Assembly: GCA_040285855.1 (NCBI GenBank)
Contig: JAUFOQ010000010.1
Coordinates: 744,001-808,000 of the forward strand
DNA: 64,000 bases
DNA from: Eukaryota sp. GEM-RC1
Lineage: Eukaryota
Direction: 5' to 3'
Shown here one piece after another: positions 39,410 to 50,778 of the stretch. The notes beneath the pieces are model-generated. The model had not been told where the DNA came from. It did no database searches and worked only from the letters and a program-made list of their open reading frames with translations. The position numbers and the translations under genes are program-made. Positions within the stretch are counted from its first letter, which is position 1. Every line of letters begins with the position of its first letter.

Positions 39410-40825
39410 AAGACATATTGAAAAACATATCAAGTTTTTTATTTTAAAAATTTGCTACTCCGGAAAAATCACACATCTTTTGAGATCTACTGCTCCTTCA
39501 ATCGCTCTGAACTTTTGTAGATCTTTTAACGAGTTGAGGATTAATTTTTTGCTTCATTGTTAGAAGTTGATTCAACGTTACTTAGAAGTCATTTGTTTAC
39601 TTCTTCTCATTTTGGTGGTATCGGTTTTACCAAATCATCAATTCTTTGCAAATCTGCTTTTTTTAGGCGGTGGAAAAAATTCCATCTTTGAATTTGTTAA
39701 TCGATTTCCTAATGATATTTCACTTATTAACCCCAATTCATGTAAATATTTATTTGACTTAAACGAAGCGTTAATCAAATTACCTTTTGACGCTTGGTCT
39801 CAGTGTTTCCCAGAATCTGTGTCTGAAATACCTGAAAGATGTTTAACTAATCTTCAGTTCTGTCTGAAAAAATTACAACAGAAACTTACAAATATTTTTG
39901 AAAGCTTGGATTATAATGTTCGACTTGGCATGGTCAAGGAAAAAAATCCCACTTTTGCAAATTTCTTAACGGATGTTTCTAATAGCTCTGCTTCATGTCT
40001 GATTACTCAAATCCTTCAAGTTTACGGTCTTCTTCTTGATGATTACTCTTGGTCATTAAACATGCGTTTACGTTCATATATTTGGCCTGATAACCTTCCA
40101 CATAATTTGAAATGCCAATGTGGGCAATCTGTAACACCTACACATTTATTGAATTGTAACCGTTTTATTTCTTTTTAGAAGTAAGGTTCATGATTCTGTA
40201 AGGGATCAATTATATTGTATGTGTAAATCCTATGGAATAGTTTCCTTTTTAGAACCAGTTCTGGCTGGTTTGTTTGATGATACAGATGTTGACAAATCGT
40301 TTGGAAATAGCCGTGGTGATGTCTTATTTCCTGGTCTTGATGGATCTTTCATTATTGCTGATGTTATGTCTATCGATGTTTGTAATGATTCCAACAAGAA
40401 ACTTGCTAAATCTAATGCTAAAAACCCCTTGTTGATTGGTGAAAAATTGAAAATGCAAAAATATTGTGCTAAATTGAAATTATTGAATTCGACTTCACAC
40501 TCGAATTACTTGTTGTACCCTTTTGTATTTTCACTGTACGGTTCTTTAGGTGAATCTGCATCATCATTACTTGAAATCTTTGTGAAGATTGTAAAAGAAA
40601 AAACATTCAGGACTTTTGATCTTAGATTTTGGAAAAATCGAATCGTGTTTGCTATCTTTAAAGGTATGGTCACTTCTGTATCTAGGGCTTTATTATCTCT
40701 TGGCAGACATAATGAAGATAAGGTAGGTGAAAATTTCCAGTTAGGCAATCTGGACTTTGAGGATATTGATTATTAGATGTATGTACACTGTAGTGTTATT
40801 GTCTCTTACATTTAGAATAAATAAT
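39410..40825 (+). mobile_element. 5'-truncated CRE-like non-LTR retrotransposon (post-RT region, CCHC finger, restriction-like endonuclease)
   Basis: THLLRS, CQCGQSVTPTHLLNC, RGDVLF...IIADVM, YPFVFSLYG, FWKNRIVFAIFK; AATAAA after the stop. Confidence 0.85.
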
Positions 40826-41018
40826 TCGTTCTTAAAGACATACAACTAACAATGTTTGATGTATATAAAACTTTAATCGCGTAAGATAAAGAGCTGTATG
40901 AATCCTTCATGAGAACCAAAAGCGAATGAAAGAAGTTTAGTACCAAAAACTTTTGGATGCGAATCCAAAATCTGAAGCATAGTTCTAGTTAGTGGGAATC
41001 ATTTGAAACTCTTGACAA

Positions 41019-43071
41019 ATGTCTCACCTAAAATGTTCCTTGTGTGACGAGTTAATGGAGAATCCTACTACGCTTCCGTGTGGTCACAGCTTTTGCCGTG
41101 ATAAGTGCTTGGTACAATTGCTAAAGATCAAGAAATCTGCTTTTTGTCCCATATGTCAGGAACCTATACCTTCATCTCCTCTCGGTATCAACATGGCTCT
41201 ACGAGAGGCCATTGAGATCGTAAAAACTGCAAATCCCGCTGCGATCTTGTGCTTTGAATGTGAAGAAGCTCCCGCCACTCTCTTCTGTTCTGACTGTGGT
41301 TCTCATCATTGTGAGGAATGTTCCTCTGCTTTACATCGGCCTAAAACCTTCCGATCTCACTCGATTGTTCTACTCAACCAGAAACCAACCATCTCTTCCA
41401 CTAAATGCCCTCGTCACTCTACAGAGCCCTTAGAACAATTCTGCACTAAGTGCTTGGTATCCATATGCGACTCATGTGGACTTTTAATGGGTCACGCTAA
41501 ACACTGTGAGGAATTGATTCCTCTTTCACAAGCCAAAGATGACTTTGAACTCCAAGTCAAAGAGCTCCACCTCTCTTTGTCCAACGCCACCGCTAAAGTC
41601 TCTGGAACAAGAAAAGACGTAGAAAAGGTTGTTGATGATGTTCTTATCAACACTCAGACAATTCTACATGACTTGATTAACAACTTGGTAAGAGAATCGT
41701 CTCAGAAGATTGTCGATCTCGGTACTGGAAATCCAGTTAGTTGTTCCTTGACCTTTGATGAAGAGTTAAGGGAAGAAGGTAATGAATTTATTGAAAATGC
41801 TTTAGAGGTGTTAAACACCTTTAAAAAACGATTTAATGAAAGCTTTGAATTCATTGGAAGAAACTGTAGAGTCTTTTCATTTGAAATTGTTGTCGAAATT
41901 GGTGAAGAACGATTTACTTGGTGTTGAAAAATTTGACATCTCCTTAAGATCCAAAATTTGTTTGAAAATTGCTCAAATTTCTGACAATTTTTCCATCAGT
42001 TTCTCACCACTTCAAGAACTCTTGACAATTGAACTTCCTGAAGAATTAAAACTTAAATTGTTGCATAATTTCATCAGTAACTCTCAAACTATTTCAATTT
42101 TTCAATTTATTTGGATTAAAGAACTTAACCCTGAATTAACAAGTTTAATGTTTGAAAAACTAGAGTTTAATTCATTGACTGAAGAAGAATTTCTTGGTCT
42201 CATTAGTACTTCTATTGAACATTCGAATGTAGAATTATTATCAAAATCAGTTAATAATTTCTCTTTTGAAAGTGTTCCTGAAATTCCAAATATACCTGGT
42301 AATTTATTATTAAGACTTAATGTTGCTAATGTTTCCAAATCAAAACAAGGTAAATTGGTTGGAAAAAGTTATTCTTAAAAATCTTTTTGGCGATGAAATT
42401 AAAGTTACTAGTAGAAAACTTTTGGGAAAGGAGATTTCTTTAGAAATTAATGTTGGAGTTTGGGGTGATGATAAGACTATTAGAGACGATATTGCGAAAC
42501 ATATTACTCGTGGTTTCGCTGATAATTGGCCAAATATACAACTTAATCTTACTACTTGTACATCTCCATGCAGTTTTCAATATTTCCAAGAATTTGATGT
42601 GGTTGTCATAGAGTCTTGGGGTTTTGTTACGAATGGCTACGATCTCAATCAGCTATTAGAATCAGGCAAGGGTTTGGTCTTCTTCAACTCCTACCCAGAG
42701 AACTGTAGTCCTGGATTCATTCATTCTTGTGCCAATGGTACAGGGAATCAAGGCTATCTTACTACTCCACAAACCCAACATGACATGGTAAAAACTTTAC
42801 CAAATGATCCTATTTTTCTTAACGTAATAGTTTTTCAACAAACTTTAGCTCCAAGGCACCAAAGTCTGTTGATGGAACTCTGTTAGCTACTGTTAATTCT
42901 GGAATTCCTTTAATTGTAAAGAAAGAAGTTGGTGGTGGGAGATTGGTAGAGTTTACGTGTCCTTCAATGTCATCTGATTGTTCTGTAGTACTTGGACACT
43001 GGTCTACTTCTACTGAAGATGGTCATAAGTTGTTTGCAAATGCTGTCGTTTGGGTAGGTAAATGTATATAG
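41019..43071 (+). CDS. TRIM-like protein: RING, two B-boxes, helical region and C-terminal alpha/beta domain; three single-base frameshifts
   Basis: C3HC4 RING (CSLC...LPCGHSFC...CPIC), B-box1 (CFECEE...CSDC...C..C...H), B-box2 (CPRH...FCTKC...C..C...H); frames restored by alignment to the intact paralog at 50779. Confidence 0.85.
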
Positions 43072-43089
43072 TTGTTGAATATGTATCTA

Positions 43090-43775
43090 CAGTAAACCCT
43101 CTATAATTGCACACTTTTTTCCAGTTCCTAGTTAAATGACAGGGGAAACAAATTAATTGCGCACTTTGCACCAAAAGGGGGCAAAACTATTTATAATTGC
43201 ACACATTGACCTCTTTTGTTTCCAAAAAGTGAGTGATTATCCGCACAACAATGTGTTTTATTACTAGAACACTGCAGTGAATTACTCAAAAACACTTTAC
43301 CAGTAATAAAAACGCACTTCATTTTTGGATTTGTCGCCCACATGTGTTATAAAACGGTAGTCTTCTAGATAAATATACAAGTCTCAATGCAGTTATATCT
43401 ACCTCTATGATCTTACCCCCGTAACAAATTTTATGAACATTAGTGTATAATTTGCAGTAAACAGACTCCTCTTGTAACCATCAAAGACAATTGGTTCGAC
43501 AGTCTTTGGATGTGCTTGAAATGCTGTGTCTGTAAAAGAAGTGTTAATTTATTCGATAAAAGTAAGAGACAACATTGCTACCAATTAAGTTAAATGCGGA
43601 AAACAAAAAGTTCTTTGAACAATACTTATTTATTGCCTAAACGTAATCTAATTCTTCGGTTTTTCTCGATAAGAGAACAAAACTATCTGACTTAAAGTCG
43701 TAATTCCAATTGCACCCTCTCTAATTGCACACAAAATTCGTGTACCAATTGTGTGCAATTATAGAGGGTTTACTG
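43090..43775. mobile_element. pogo/Tigger-like (Tc1/mariner superfamily) MITE, left copy
   Basis: Perfect TIR cagtaaaccctctataattgcacac...gtgtgcaattatagagggtttactg flanked by TA. Confidence 0.92.
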
Positions 43776-44055
43776 TACAATGTTTGGAGAACAATAGTGT
43801 TTGCAAAGTTGAAACGGTTCACATTTGAAGAAATACCAGGTTGTTGGCACACCATTGGATTAGGTCAACCACCAACAGATCAATCAAGGTATCTGATGAA
43901 CCAGGCATCTGATGAACCAAAATTGATCACATCAGTCCATGTTAAATATTTAATATTGATGATAGTTTGTACTTATAACTTATAAGTTATAAGAGTAAAT
44001 AAAAGGCGTTTTTGTTGCTCAAGACATTTCCCCTAACAAAACTAACAAAACTATC

Positions 44056-45335
44056 ATGTCTCATTCTACACTTCCCTTGAAGAGTAATCGTTCTTTGGGT
44101 GATAGAGTTTCTGTTACTGACGTTGTTGAGTGTAATGGATCCTCTTCTAGTATCTCCTCTTCGAATCCTAGCTCTCAAACAGGGTCCGCTACGTGCTCCT
44201 CCGTCGACTCTCCTTCTCGTCACTTGTACTTCCAACAATCGTTGCTTACTTTGATTCATCTTCATTTCCTCAGTCATCTCTTAAGGTCTTCCCTTGAATG
44301 GAATTGTGATGAACCTCGCCGTGTTCTCCTGAATTACCTGCTCTGTTTAAGACAGTTGGCTATGTAAGCCATCATTTCTTTGAATCCGCTCTTCTAGCAA
44401 CCAAGGTGTTTTTCCAATCAAACACGTTTCATGTCGTTTCAAAACACCTTCCTCAACTCTCTTCATTTGCTTCTTTCTTTGGAGCTGATGTGCAATCTGT
44501 TTTTGTACACGTATACGAGCCCTTTAATGTTCAAGATTTTCTTGATCATTCTCATGTTATTTCAGGATTGGAATTAGAATTAGATCCTAAGGACGTGGAG
44601 TTTCTGAATACGTGTTCTTTGTTGTTTCCACGTCTTAAGCAACTTCACATTCGAGTTAATTCTTGTATTTCTATGCCAGTGATTGAATTATTGAAAGTTA
44701 ATGATACAGTTACAATTATGGATATGATGGAAAACTCTATTGGAGATCCAGGTGCTAGAGCTTTGGCAGAGGCGTTGAAAGTTAACACTTCAGTTATTTG
44801 TATTAATCTGTGTGACAACTCTATTGGTGATGAAGGTGCTAGAGCTCTGGCAGATGCGTTTAAACTTAATAATACTGTTACAAGTCTTAATTTGTGGTAC
44901 AATTCTATTGGAGTTGAAGGAGCTAGAGCTTTGGCAGAGGCGTTAAAAGTTAATACTACAATTACAAGTCTTAATCTTGGGTACAACTCTATTGGAGATG
45001 AAGGAGCTAGAGCATTGGTAGATGCGTTAAAAGTTAATGTTAGTGTTACAAGTGTTAATCTGTGGTGGAACTCTATAAAAGATGAAGGTGTTCAAGCATT
45101 AGCTGAAGCCTTGCAACTTAATGCTACAATTACAAGTCTTGGTCTTGGGTACAACTCTATTGGAGATGAAGGAGCTAGAGCTTTGGCAGAGGCGTTAAAA
45201 GTTAATACTACAATTACAAGTCTTAATCTTGCGTACAACTCTATTGGAGATGAAGGAGCTAGGGCATTGGCAGATGCTTTAAAAGTTAATAGTAAAGTTA
45301 AAATAGAAGGGGTAGATCTTGCTCGTTATTTATAA
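44056..45335 (+). CDS. LRR family protein: N-terminal domain plus 7 LRRs, one frameshift near 44330
   Basis: ORFs 44056-44367 and 44406-45335 carry consecutive family motifs. Confidence 0.83.
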
Positions 45336-45865
45336 GGAGCAATCATCAACTATTCGCGAATTTTTCTAGGTCTGTGATTTAGTGACATTGTTTTGAAACT
45401 ATAAGTAAGTAACAACACTCTGAAGTGAATTGTATTAAAGAACAAGTATTTCTCTATTATTTTAAAATCTCCAGATGACTAGTTCCTCGTTATTCAAGAT
45501 AGGATCACAGTTTGTGTTATTGGAAAAGACAATCATTGGAGTTTAAACTAATTGGCAATTCAAATTAGTAACTGATATCGGCGATATCATATCGCTTATA
45601 AAAGAATCACTTCCAGAAACGAACTTTACTATAACATAACCCCTGAAACAACAATTTCTGTGTACGAAATGGCCATGTAATTGAAAACATGTGAAAAACA
45701 GATAGTATAAGAGACATATCGATAAGTGAAACGGACCAACAAGACAAGGACATCACGATACAGCTATTCAATCAACAAGTGCAATTATTGATCTCATTGA
45801 TAGTACATGTAATGTTTACTACAAGATGAGTATTTTAAAATGCACGAATCAAACAGAAGAAGGGA

Positions 45866-46559
45866 CAGTGAACTCTCTATAATTGCACACTTTTTATTCA
45901 GTTCCTGGTTGAATGACAGGGGAAACAAATTAATTGCGCACTCTGCACGTACACACTAAAAGGGGGCAAAACAATTTAAAATTGCCCACATTATCCTCTT
46001 GAGTCTAATGAAGTGAGTCAATGTCCGCACAACAATGTGTTTTATTACTAGAACACTGCAGTGAATTACTCAAAAACACTTTACCAGTAATAAAAACGCA
46101 CTTCATTTTTGGATTTGTCGCCCACATGTGTTATAAAACGGTAGTCTTCTAGATAAATATACAAGTCTCAATGCAGTTGTTTGTACCTCAATGATCTTAC
46201 CCCCGTAACAAATTTTATGAACATTAGTGTATAAATTGCAGATAACGGAATCCTCTTGTAACCATCAAAGACAATTGGTTCCACAGTCTTTGGATGTGCT
46301 GCAACTGTTGTGACTGTAAAACCAGTGTTAATTTACACGACAAAAGTACGAGATATCATTGTCACTGATTGAGCCAAGTGTGGAAAACAAAAAGTTCTTT
46401 GAACAATATATGTATATTTACTAAACGTAATCTAAATCTTCGGTTTTTCTCGATAAGAGAAAAAACTATCTGAGCTAAAGTCGTATTTCTAATTGCACCC
46501 CCTCTAATTGTACACAAAATGTGTGCATCAATTGTGTGCAATTATAGAGGGGTTTACTG
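45866..46559. mobile_element. pogo/Tigger-like MITE, right copy (same orientation as 43090-43775)
   Basis: Full-length homology to the left copy; same TIRs with few mismatches; TA on the right, GA on the left. Confidence 0.9.
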
Positions 46560-46813
46560 TACAATAAATTCGGTTTCACAATTGCCCAATCCAGGCTTCA
46601 CTAAAGTGATAAAGTACTTCAGTCACTTTACTTTTGGACTTTACTTGACTTCACTTCAAGAGATCAAAAATAAGTAAACTATTAGAACTTTAATCCCAGT
46701 GTGCTACTTACAATTATTCAGTGAAACGTGTCTGATCAGATCAGTAGTTTGGAGCAGATTGGATATCAGAATGATCAATACTATAATTGAACTTTCTCAA
46801 ATCTAGATGAAAG

Positions 46814-47237
46814 CAGCGTTATGTGTCAAAATGACATACGACCATACGCTTATGGAATTTTCTGCCATAAAATGGGTCAATTTTCTGTGATATTTGTTAC
46901 TTAGGAAGTGGCAACTACATCCATACAAATGTAATCCAATCTCTCGATATCAATCAATCAAATTTAATAGTACTGTACTGTACTGTAGCTGAGATCTTGA
47001 GGTGTTGTAATTTGGTTAGAACAAGACAATTCATTATGAAAAAAAAGGTAAATTGGTGACTTCGGTTTTATCATTAAATATCATATTTACAGTAGATGTT
47101 GAATACAAGTGAATTACAATTCGTGTTGGGTTGACACAGACCTCATAATAACACTTCAAAACACGTCATGCATACCATAAGGCCATATGCGTATAGTCCG
47201 AAAAGTAGTAGAAAAATTCTGCTATGGCATGACACTG
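46814..47237. mobile_element. Old hAT-like MITE (predates the segmental duplication)
   Basis: cagcgttatg...catgacactg ends, ccatacg subterminal motifs, degenerate 8-bp TSD gatgaaag/gataaagg; paralog at 52804-53104. Confidence 0.55.
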
Positions 47238-47611
47238 GATAAAGGAAAGAGTACTTTAATTAAGCTGAACCGAGTGAAGACTGTAGTACATCAGTAATAA
47301 AATCGAAATTACCATCAAACAATGCATTTCCAAGTGGTTGCGTACCTAGTAATTAGAATGTATTCAGTCGATGTCCCGTCATCTATGACGTTTGCAGTCG
47401 TTTTTCACAATTACTGACACATCAGCACTTCCTTAAATCCATTGCATCAAAATTTGTTCAGGTTCTGATACAGATACGTAAAAATTAATTACAATGTATT
47501 ACATGCCCAAATTTATTTGCAATATATGGGAACCAATAAAGAAAATTTCTGAGTGCGTGATTTGTTGACTTAATCCAATTGACAACTCACACTATCATCA
47601 TCGATCATCTA

Positions 47612-47990
47612 TTTGAACAAGTCTTTCATGGTCTTTCCACGTCTTAAGCAACTTCATGTGCGTGTTCATTGTTCTTCTACTTCTATGACATTAATTCAAT
47701 TGTTGAAAGTTAATACTACAGTTACAAGTGGTTAGAGGAGTAGCAACTCTATTGGAGCTGAAGGTACTACAGCTTTGGTAGAAATGCTAAAAGTTACTAA
47801 CACAGTCGGAAGTCATTGGTATTGATCTAAATGAGAACTCTATTTCAGATGAAGGTGTTAGAGTCCTAGCAGATGCGTTAACAGTGAAAACCACATATAC
47901 AAGTATTAATCTGGGGTTTAACTTGATTAAAGATGAAGGCGCTAGAGCTTTGACCAATACTCTAAAAGTTAATAGCTTAGTTAAACTCAA
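47612..47990 (+). pseudogene. LRR-family fragment (~3 LRRs)
   Basis: LNKSFMVFPRLKQLHV...NSIGAEG...NSISDEGVRVLADAL, with indels. Confidence 0.8.
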
Positions 47991-48217
47991 ATATCAGATC
48001 AGTTTAATTGGTAAGTTCTGCTCTCTCTTTGGAAACAAATGACAATATCACTGGTTAACCAATGCCAAGTTGACACATTCAAAATATCTCTCGACTTTCC
48101 TTCGTACTCAACAAACACCAACATACCTGAACTTCTTTAAATTCATCGCTTGAATATTGTCCTGATTATAATTTAGTATTGAAGTTGTAATACATTGTGT
48201 ATGCATCAATTTGAAAG

Positions 48218-49564
48218 CATGGAACGCAAATGTTCCGTACCGTGGCGATTTTAGGCGTACCGTACGTGCGTGCGTGCGGTACAAGTACCGGTACTGTACT
48301 TTTGACTGACTAAAATATATTATTACTAGACTCTGGGTAAATGCACCACATTATGCACCACATATTCTTTTTTATTTTGTAAAATGCACCACATAATATA
48401 ATATGCACCACATAATATATTTTTCATTTTACAGAAGCAACAGCAGACACCATTTACAGATCAAAAAGACAAAACATTATCTCTGGCCTTGTTGGGTTGA
48501 ATTCTTGTACATCTAACAGGTAGTTCAAGGGAGGACGGATCTCTAAGAGTAGACTTAAATGGATTCTTATTGGGAGATCCAGAAAGTCTTCTACGAGATC
48601 TACGTGCAACAGGGAGCACATGTAAGGAAGCTCGCCGGGGGAGAGAACATAATTATTGCCTTAAGCAATCTTCGTCTAGGTTGCTTGGCAGAGATTGTCA
48701 TGTCTTATTACACAGTTGTTCTCAATCTTTAACCACCTTGTAAGGGGTGACAAATCCCTTGAGTTCTTTGATACAAATGAGGTCACTTTGGTCATTTACA
48801 TGCTCAACCAAACTACGAAACGATGTAAGTTTAGTCTTCTGTGTTCTCTTTTTCTTGATGTTAGATACATTCTGTTTGGTTAAAAAACATCTGTCATCAA
48901 AGGATCTTAAGTAACACAATTGTACAGTGTTCAACATTCGTGTTGATCAGGGTATCTAATGTTCACTGGTGATGTGTGGTGTGGTGCATTTTGAATGTGG
49001 TGCATTTTACAAAATAAATAGAATATGTGGTGTATAATGTGATGCATTTACCCAGAGTCTATTACTATTTAGAACATGATGCAAAGTGAGATTTCAACAG
49101 TTACCATCGTCATACAATCTACCGTTAAACATTGCTCAGGATATCAATATCGTCATTATCACACATATTCACATTAAGGGTACGTCATTTGCTGACCACA
49201 CCTCCCCCAAAATGACATTTCTACGTGCGAAGCTCAGCAATCGCTCGAAATCAACAATAGTAGTAGCGTCTTCGAATCACAATGCATTTAACGAGTGACT
49301 ACGACGTAATTTAACAGTGGTAAAGGGCCCAAAAACCCACAGATTGGATTTCTAAACGATCATAAGATGCCGTACCAATTTGCATTAGCACTGTGTTTGA
49401 CTAGTGAATGAATCTCCACTCAAAAAATAGTAATTGTAAATCCATGTCGATCATTCATAAATAGGCTTTGTCTAAAATCAAATGACATCGGTACGGATAA
49501 AATAAATCGGTACGTACCGATCCGTACCGTACGTACGGTACGTACCAAAGAATTGCGCACATTG
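48218..49564. mobile_element. Non-autonomous hAT-type element (family A), copy 3, containing a nested insertion
   Basis: Perfect 8-bp TSD tttgaaag (48210-48217 and 49565-49572). Confidence 0.9.
48329..49059. mobile_element. Mutator-like non-autonomous element nested in family A copy 3
   Basis: ~65-bp TIR gactctgggtaaatgca...tgcatttacccagagtc; 8-bp TSD tattacta; absent from the other family A copies; superfamily assignment is inferred. Confidence 0.8.
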
Positions 49565-49749
49565 TTTGAAAGTTGTCAATAGTTGTCATGCACTAGTTTA
49601 CTGCTTTTGTCTTAGTAAATGTTAACTTTATGCACCTGGTCGCTCTAGATATGGGGTCAGAAAACTCTTCCTCTTCTTAAGCATTACAGTGCCAATGTTT
49701 TGGGCTACTTCAGCATACGACTAATGATGGTCTACTACAAAGAAGAATC

Positions 49750-50736
49750 CAGTGTCATCAATTTTCAGAAATGCGCCAAATGCGTCAAATGTGCGCATTT
49801 TGGGCATTTGGCGCATTTTGACGCCTTTTACGCATTTGTGATTTTGTGATCTTGCGCATTTTGTCTTGAGATTTTTTTGATTTTTTTGAGATTTTTTTGT
49901 GCTTCTGTATAAGTCTCTATATCTCTATAAACAATAACAGTGTTTTGCAGTACCTCTTTCGTTGGACAAATGTAAAGTTGTATTGTATACTATTCAATGA
50001 ACATTCTTTTGATATCACAATGTGAATTGGTTTAAAATCAGTGAAGTTAGTGTATGGTTGTGGGATTCAACCAAAACTTTTGATCAAATGTCTGTTTTAC
50101 CCATATTTACGAACAATGTAAATCGATACAAAACCATAAACGGTTAATATCGTGTAAAATACTGAATGAAATATGGTATAAAGACCATTTATTAAGACAC
50201 CAACGTCCACTGTTTGACCTTAAAGTTGAAACACATTTTCTGTATAGAGTATGTGATCAACAGTAACAGTTGTTTAATGAGATTGGTCAATGAGAAGAGG
50301 ATGTGCGTTTTCCAGCTCTCAACTCAGCTTAAAGACATTCAACAAGTTCTGAACACAGTTTTGAACAAGAAAACACTACGTCGTCCCCGGTACAAAGTGT
50401 TGTTTCAAACGATTAGTTCCAGTGACGGACTGGTGGACACAATGACGACAATGAACTGTAGCTTCTGATACAACAGAACCTTTGGAAGGAGGTTGGTATA
50501 CAATTGTAGCGTGATGCCAAATGATGTGGGATTTTGATACATAACGAAAGGGATATGGAATATAGAGAATTACGAGGACATGTATCAGCACGACGAAAAA
50601 GATTTTTATTTATGGGGTGTCTCAAGTTCGAAATCAAAATGCGCACGTAAAATGCGTCAAAATGCGCAGAAATGCGCGCATTTGGCGCATTTTGGCGCAT
50701 TTCATTTCTGGAAAAAGTGCGCATTTGACAACACTC
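49750..50736. mobile_element. Non-autonomous DNA transposon (hAT-like) with aaatgcgc/gcgcattt subterminal inverted arrays
   Basis: ~100-bp inverted motif clusters at both ends; cagtgt.../...acactc termini; no clean TSD seen. Confidence 0.65.
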
Positions 50737-50778
50737 AGCTGCTAGTGGAAGAATCTTTTCATTTCAAACTCTTGACAA

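Larger units (their letters stand above)
40985..47480 (+). repeat. Segmental duplication copy A (RING gene plus 3' flank); copy B is ~50737-59445
   Basis: Colinear similarity of gene and flank, e.g. 46561-47480 vs 52549-53419 plus 59410-59445. Confidence 0.88.

Noticed and set aside
1860..45335. Diversity-generating retroelement driving LRR variation
   Set aside because: No template/variable repeat pair with adenine-specific differences is evident; the RTs present are Gypsy and CRE-like
12998..47990. Antisense ORFs over LRR genes (12998-13597, 25075-25395, 25474-25731, 44645-44986, 47787-47990)
   Set aside because: Shadow frames caused by repetitive LRR codon usage
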